Origin: an uncultured bacterium
GTDB taxonomy: Bacteria; Actinomycetota; Coriobacteriia; Coriobacteriales; Coriobacteriaceae
Assembly: GCA_905216105.1 (NCBI GenBank)
Contig: CAJMSG010000001.1
Coordinates: forward strand, 1-44,362
Length of the DNA: 44,362 bases
Direction: 5' to 3'
Positions 39,836-44,362 of this stretch are shown in pieces (the first letter of the stretch is position 1; each line of letters opens with the position of its first letter). A model generated the notes under the pieces. It was not told where the DNA came from and ran no database searches. It saw nothing but the letters and a program-made list of their open reading frames with translations. Both the position numbers and the translations under genes were made by a program.

Positions 39836-42661
39836 TTACCCCGTGTTTTGCAATCCTGCCGAGACGCCGGTCACAGTCGAAAGAATCAGGCTCATGTACT
39901 CGGCCTTCTTCTCCTCGGCCATCTCGTCCTGGTTCATACGCACCTCGCGAAGGGCGCGAACCTGGGCGATGGATAGGGCGTCAACATAGGGGTTACGCAC
40001 GCGGACGGCGCAGCCGAGCACACGGCGGCGCTGCAGCGGCCATTCATCACCGACGATGGCAAGGACCCACTTACGGGTGAGCTGCATCTCGGTAAAGACC
40101 TTCTCGGACAGATCCTGGCGATCGCCCAGGTGCAGATACATCTTGGCGATGCGCTGGTCGGTCTTGGCGATCGACATCTCGATGTTGTCGATAAAGGTGC
40201 GGAAGAACGGCCACTCCTGGTAGGCAGCCTTAAGCTGGTCCAGATCGCCAAACTGCTCGCAGGCGGTACCCAGGCCGTACCAGGCGGCCAGATTGATGCG
40301 CGCCTGGCTCCAGCTGAAGATCCACGGAATGGTACGCAGGTCGTCGAGCGACTTGGCACCCAGACCGCGCTTGGCCGGGCGCGAGCCGATCGGCAGCAGA
40401 CCGACCTCGGTCAGCGGCGTCACGGTCGAGAACCACGGTGTAAAGTCCTCGGTGTTCAGCAGGTCCAGATAGCGCTCGTGGCTTACGGCGTTGAGCTTCT
40501 CGGCCATATCCCAGAACTTCTGCGTGGTCTCGGTGTTGGTCTTCTCGACACTCGGGGCCGACTGCAAAAGCGTTGCGGCGGCAACGGACTCAACATGGCG
40601 CTGAGCCAGCGTGCGGTTGCCGTAACGGGCAAAGATGACCTCGCCCTGCTCGGTGAGCTTAAAGAAGCAGTTGACCGAACCCTTGGGCTGCGCCAGCACG
40701 GCCTTGTTGGCCGGACCGCCGCCACGGCCCACGGCACCGCCGCGACCGTGCATGAGCACCAGGTCGATATCGTTCTTCTCGGCCCACTTGGCAATGCGCT
40801 CCTGCGCGGAGTGCAGCGCGAGCATGGCCGTGGTAGGACCGGCATCCTTGGAGGAGTCGGAATAGCCCAGCATGACCTCCATGCGGCGGTTGGTCTGGGC
40901 AAGGCGCTTTTGCACCACGGGCAGCGTAAGCATCTGGTCGAGCACGTCGACGCAGCCCTCGAGGTCCTCGAGCTGCTCAAACAGCGGGATCACGTCGAGC
41001 TCGGGGACATCCTCCTCGTGTGCGAAGGACAGGTGGGCAAGCTCGAAGACGTCGGCCACATGCTGGGCGCTCTTGGTGAACGAGATGATGTAGCGGTGCG
41101 CCATCTTCTTGCCGTAGCGCTTTTGGATGGAGCCGATAGCGCGGAAGGTATCGATGACCTCGCGCGTCATGGGCTGCAGGTCGCCATGGATACCGTTCTC
41201 GTGGATATCCTTGAGGGCGCGGGCATGCACCACGGAGTGCTGACGGAACTCCATCTCGACCATATGGAAGCCGAAGGACTCGACCTGCCAGATGATGGTC
41301 TGGACCGGGCCGTAGGCGGCACGGACGGCACCGCAGGCAGCCAGCGAGCGCTGGACGACGCGCAGGTCCTCCAGGAACTCATCGGCGCTGTGGTACATGG
41401 TGTCGGTGATACGGCGCACAGTGGCGTTCAGACGGTCGGCCATGACGAGCATGACGGCGCGATGCGGCTCGTGCTCGGAGATCAGCTCGGCGCGGGCCGT
41501 GTAACGAGGGCTCATCTCGACCTGATGGTTCCACAGGTTAATGAGCTCGGCCGACGGCTTGCTGTAGGTAGCCTCGAGCGTGAGGTTGCGGCCGATGTGG
41601 CGGCACTTGTCCTCGAGCTTGAGCACCATGTGCGTAAAGTACTTGGCGGCGACCTCACGGCTCACCTTGGCGGTGACGTTGGGGTTACCGTCGCGGTCGG
41701 AACCGATCCAGCTGCCGGGATGGAAGAACGCCGGGCACAGCGGCGGCACAGTACCGGCCTTGTCGCCCAGCACCCAATCGTCAAAACGACGATAGATAAC
41801 GGGGATAACGTCGAACAGCGTGTTATCGAAGATGTCGATGATGGTATCGGCTTCCTCGACCGGCGTGGGCTTCTTGAGCGCGATGGGACTCGTACGCACC
41901 AGGGCGTCGATCTCCTGCAGCATATGGCGCTCGTTCTCCACCAGGTCGGAGCCGCCCAGACGCGGACGCTCCTCCAGCAGGTTGGAGATACGGCGGATCT
42001 TGCCCTCGACGGCCTTACGACGGGCCTCGGTGGGATGTGCGGTAAAGACAGGGTGGAACTCGAGCTTGTCGAGCAGCTCGTTGGCACCCTCGACACCCAG
42101 CTCATTCACCAGCTGGTGATAGGCAACGGTAAGCTCGTTGGCAGGATCGACCTCGGTATCGGTCGACGCACCGGCCTCGCGCTCGCGCAGCTGCGCCACA
42201 CGGTAGTTCTCCTCCGACAGGTTTGCCAGATGGAAAAAGCTCGTAAAGGCGCGAACGATGACCTGCTGCTTATCGAGCGGCAGGCTGTCGATCAAATCGA
42301 CGACCTCACGAAATGCCACGGCAGTGGGCTCGTCGGCGGTGGGCACGCCCTGCTCGTCGACGGCTTCGTCGGCAGCGCAGGTACCGGGGTTGCCGGCATT
42401 GACCACAATCTCGGCTGTCAAAATCTTGTCGAACAGGTCCGCGATCTCGGGATCATACTCGCTAAGCACACGGCGCTCCAGGCGCAAGAACAGCGCCAGA
42501 TTGTCGCGCAGCTCCTCGGGGATCTCGATCTCGGCGAGACGCTCCCTGGACTCGGCATTCGAGCCGATTCGGTTAACGAGGCGGTTGACCACGGCAGCGA
42601 CGCGCGCCGCGGCTTCGGGTACAGACTGGTTGCTTAGGTTCTCAGCCACGTTTCCTCCCAT
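39836..42661 (-). CDS. ppc: Phosphoenolpyruvate carboxylase
   Basis: VFTAHPTE, SWIGSDRDGNP, VMLGYSDSSKD, HGRGGAVGRGGGP, LRTIPW and GLQNTG end; alternative GTG start at 42649. Confidence 0.97.
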   Translation of the reverse strand: MGGNVAENLSNQSVPEAAARVAAVVNRLVNRIGSNAESRERLAEIEIPEELRDNLALFLRLERRVLSEYDPEIADLFDKILTAEIVVNAGNPGTCAADEAVDEQGVPTADEPTAVAFREVVDLIDSLPLDKQQVIVRAFTSFFHLANLSEENYRVAQLREREAGASTDTEVDPANELTVAYHQLVNELGVEGANELLDKLEFHPVFTAHPTEARRKAVEGKIRRISNLLEERPRLGGSDLVENERHMLQEIDALVRTSPIALKKPTPVEEADTIIDIFDNTLFDVIPVIYRRFDDWVLGDKAGTVPPLCPAFFHPGSWIGSDRDGNPNVTAKVSREVAAKYFTHMVLKLEDKCRHIGRNLTLEATYSKPSAELINLWNHQVEMSPRYTARAELISEHEPHRAVMLVMADRLNATVRRITDTMYHSADEFLEDLRVVQRSLAACGAVRAAYGPVQTIIWQVESFGFHMVEMEFRQHSVVHARALKDIHENGIHGDLQPMTREVIDTFRAIGSIQKRYGKKMAHRYIISFTKSAQHVADVFELAHLSFAHEEDVPELDVIPLFEQLEDLEGCVDVLDQMLTLPVVQKRLAQTNRRMEVMLGYSDSSKDAGPTTAMLALHSAQERIAKWAEKNDIDLVLMHGRGGAVGRGGGPANKAVLAQPKGSVNCFFKLTEQGEVIFARYGNRTLAQRHVESVAAATLLQSAPSVEKTNTETTQKFWDMAEKLNAVSHERYLDLLNTEDFTPWFSTVTPLTEVGLLPIGSRPAKRGLGAKSLDDLRTIPWIFSWSQARINLAAWYGLGTACEQFGDLDQLKAAYQEWPFFRTFIDNIEMSIAKTDQRIAKMYLHLGDRQDLSEKVFTEMQLTRKWVLAIVGDEWPLQRRRVLGCAVRVRNPYVDALSIAQVRALREVRMNQDEMAEEKKAEYMSLILSTVTGVSAGLQNTG

Positions 42662-42906
42662 TCCTCCTTCTATGCACGTAACATGCGGTATTCATTATAG
42701 GCGCTTGAGAAATACTTTCGACACTGATTGCGCTTTACCACACAAAAGTATTTTCTGCATTGCAAAGGTTTTTGCCCTAAATGGTCGTATTTCTCGGTGG
42801 GCGGCATACGTAAACGGGGGCATTCCGCATAAAAGCGAAACACCCCCGTAACAATCGCTCTCCATGAGCAGGGCACGTTAGCAGGCCCGAAGCTCAAAAA
42901 GATGCG

Positions 42907-44220
42907 CTACAGGCGCTCGCGAACCGCCTCGACGACGTTGTCCAGATCGGCGAGCACCTCGTCATGGCTCTGCATGTCGCGCACTTTGACCTTGCCGGCG
43001 GCAAGCTCGTCGCCACCCAGGACCAAGATGAGCTTGGCGCCTACCTTATCGGCTTGCTTAAACTGGGCCTTGAGCGAACGGCCCTGATAGTCGGCCTCGG
43101 TCACGATGCCTGCGGCGCGAAGCTCCTGCGTAATGGCAAAGACGTTCTGGCGCAGCTCCTTGCCGGCGTTGGCGACATAGACGCACGGGGCCTCATCGGC
43201 ACCCAAATCGCTGCCAAAGGCCTGCAGGGCCAGCAGGGCGCGCTCAAAACCGACAGCGAAGCCGACGCCTGCCGTGGGCTTGCCGCCCTCGAGCTCGACC
43301 AAGCCGTCATAACGACCGCCGCCACCGATGGAGCCGACGCCGGCGCCGGGAGCCTCGACCTCAAAGACGGTACGGGTGTAGTAGTCCAGGCCACGCACCA
43401 AGGTGGGGTCCTCGACATATTCGATGCCGGCGGCATCCAGATAGCGCTTGACCTGCTCGTAGTGCTCGCGGCACTCGTCGCACAGGTTGTCGCCCATCAG
43501 CGGGGCGTCGGCCATGATCTCGCGGCAATGGTCGTTCTTGCAGTCGAAGGCACGCAGCGGGTTGAGCTCGGCGCGCTCGCGGCACTCGTCGCACATCTCG
43601 TCGGCGTGATCGAGGATAAACTGCTTGACCTGCTCGCGGTAAGCCGGACGGCACTGGGCGTCACCCATCGAGTTGATGAGCAGACGGAGCTTGGAAAGGT
43701 CGAAGCCCAGGCGCTTGTAGAACTCCATGAGCATGATGATGCACTCGGCGTCGGCAGCCGGATCGGGAGCGCCGAGCCACTCGATGCCCACCTGGTGGAA
43801 CTGGCGCAGACGGCCCTTCTGGGGACGCTCGCCACGGAACATGGCCTCGGCATAGTACGCCTTAAAGGGCGTGGAGCCCTGGGGCACCAGGTTGTTCTCC
43901 ACGACGGCGCGCACGACGCCGGCCGTGCCCTCGGGGCGAAGTGCCAGGCGCTGCTTGGGCTTGAGTTTGGTGTCGGTGCCCTCGGTAAAGACGCGCTCCA
44001 GGTTGGCACCGCTGAACACGCGGAACATCTCCTTGCGCACGACGTCGGTCGACTGGCCGATACCGTGGACAAACACGTCAACCTGCTCGATCGCGGGCGT
44101 CTCGATGGGCTTAAAACCAAACGGCTCGAACACGCCGGCCGCAATCTGCTGCATCTTTTGCCAGGCGCGCATCTCGGCGCCGATAAGGTCGCGGGTTCCC
44201 TCCGCCTTCTGTGCCTGCAT
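42907..44220 (-). CDS. hisS: Histidyl-tRNA synthetase
   Basis: GTRD, LRPEGTA, ERPQKGR.RQFHQ, LVRGLDYY, GGGRYD and GFER. Confidence 0.97.
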   Translation of the reverse strand: MQAQKAEGTRDLIGAEMRAWQKMQQIAAGVFEPFGFKPIETPAIEQVDVFVHGIGQSTDVVRKEMFRVFSGANLERVFTEGTDTKLKPKQRLALRPEGTAGVVRAVVENNLVPQGSTPFKAYYAEAMFRGERPQKGRLRQFHQVGIEWLGAPDPAADAECIIMLMEFYKRLGFDLSKLRLLINSMGDAQCRPAYREQVKQFILDHADEMCDECRERAELNPLRAFDCKNDHCREIMADAPLMGDNLCDECREHYEQVKRYLDAAGIEYVEDPTLVRGLDYYTRTVFEVEAPGAGVGSIGGGGRYDGLVELEGGKPTAGVGFAVGFERALLALQAFGSDLGADEAPCVYVANAGKELRQNVFAITQELRAAGIVTEADYQGRSLKAQFKQADKVGAKLILVLGGDELAAGKVKVRDMQSHDEVLADLDNVVEAVRERL

Positions 44221-44289
44221 GGGCAAACACCTTTCTTTTGTATCGCGTCATAGGTAGTGGTCATTATACGGCACAAAAACAAAACGCGG

Positions 44290-44362
<73 letters not shown>

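Overview
GC-rich bacterial chromosomal segment, most consistent with a gut Coriobacteriia member such as Collinsella (inferred from gene content and codon style, not verified). From left to right: (1) a ~20 kb pectin/oligogalacturonide utilisation locus with an SDR dehydrogenase, RpiB-type isomerase, OYE and GltD-like oxidoreductases, TIM-barrel epimerase, GH105, SGNH esterase, a CE8 plus alpha/beta-hydrolase fusion, GH28, a GPH/MFS transporter, uxaABC and a LacI regulator, marked by repeated GTGAACGTTCAC operators; (2) feoA-feoA-feoB plus a small Cys-rich gene; (3) an HPr paralogue; (4) ebgA-ebgC-ygjI with a divergent LacI; (5) aspS, serB, larB-larC(N-terminal half)-tetR, larA-larD, ppc and hisS. 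The window ends in a poly-G artefact. The most unusual signals are non-coding: a tandem array of exactly 62-bp hairpin units with co-varying stems (31629-31833); two 127-bp long-hairpin elements with 9 compensatory substitutions, each 24 nt past a stop codon and together bracketing larA-larD; and a 28-bp AACGG-N16-AACGG motif shared by promoters of two different sugar regulons. No CRISPR array, rRNA, tRNA or transposase was recognised. All annotations come from reading motifs by eye; no searches were run.
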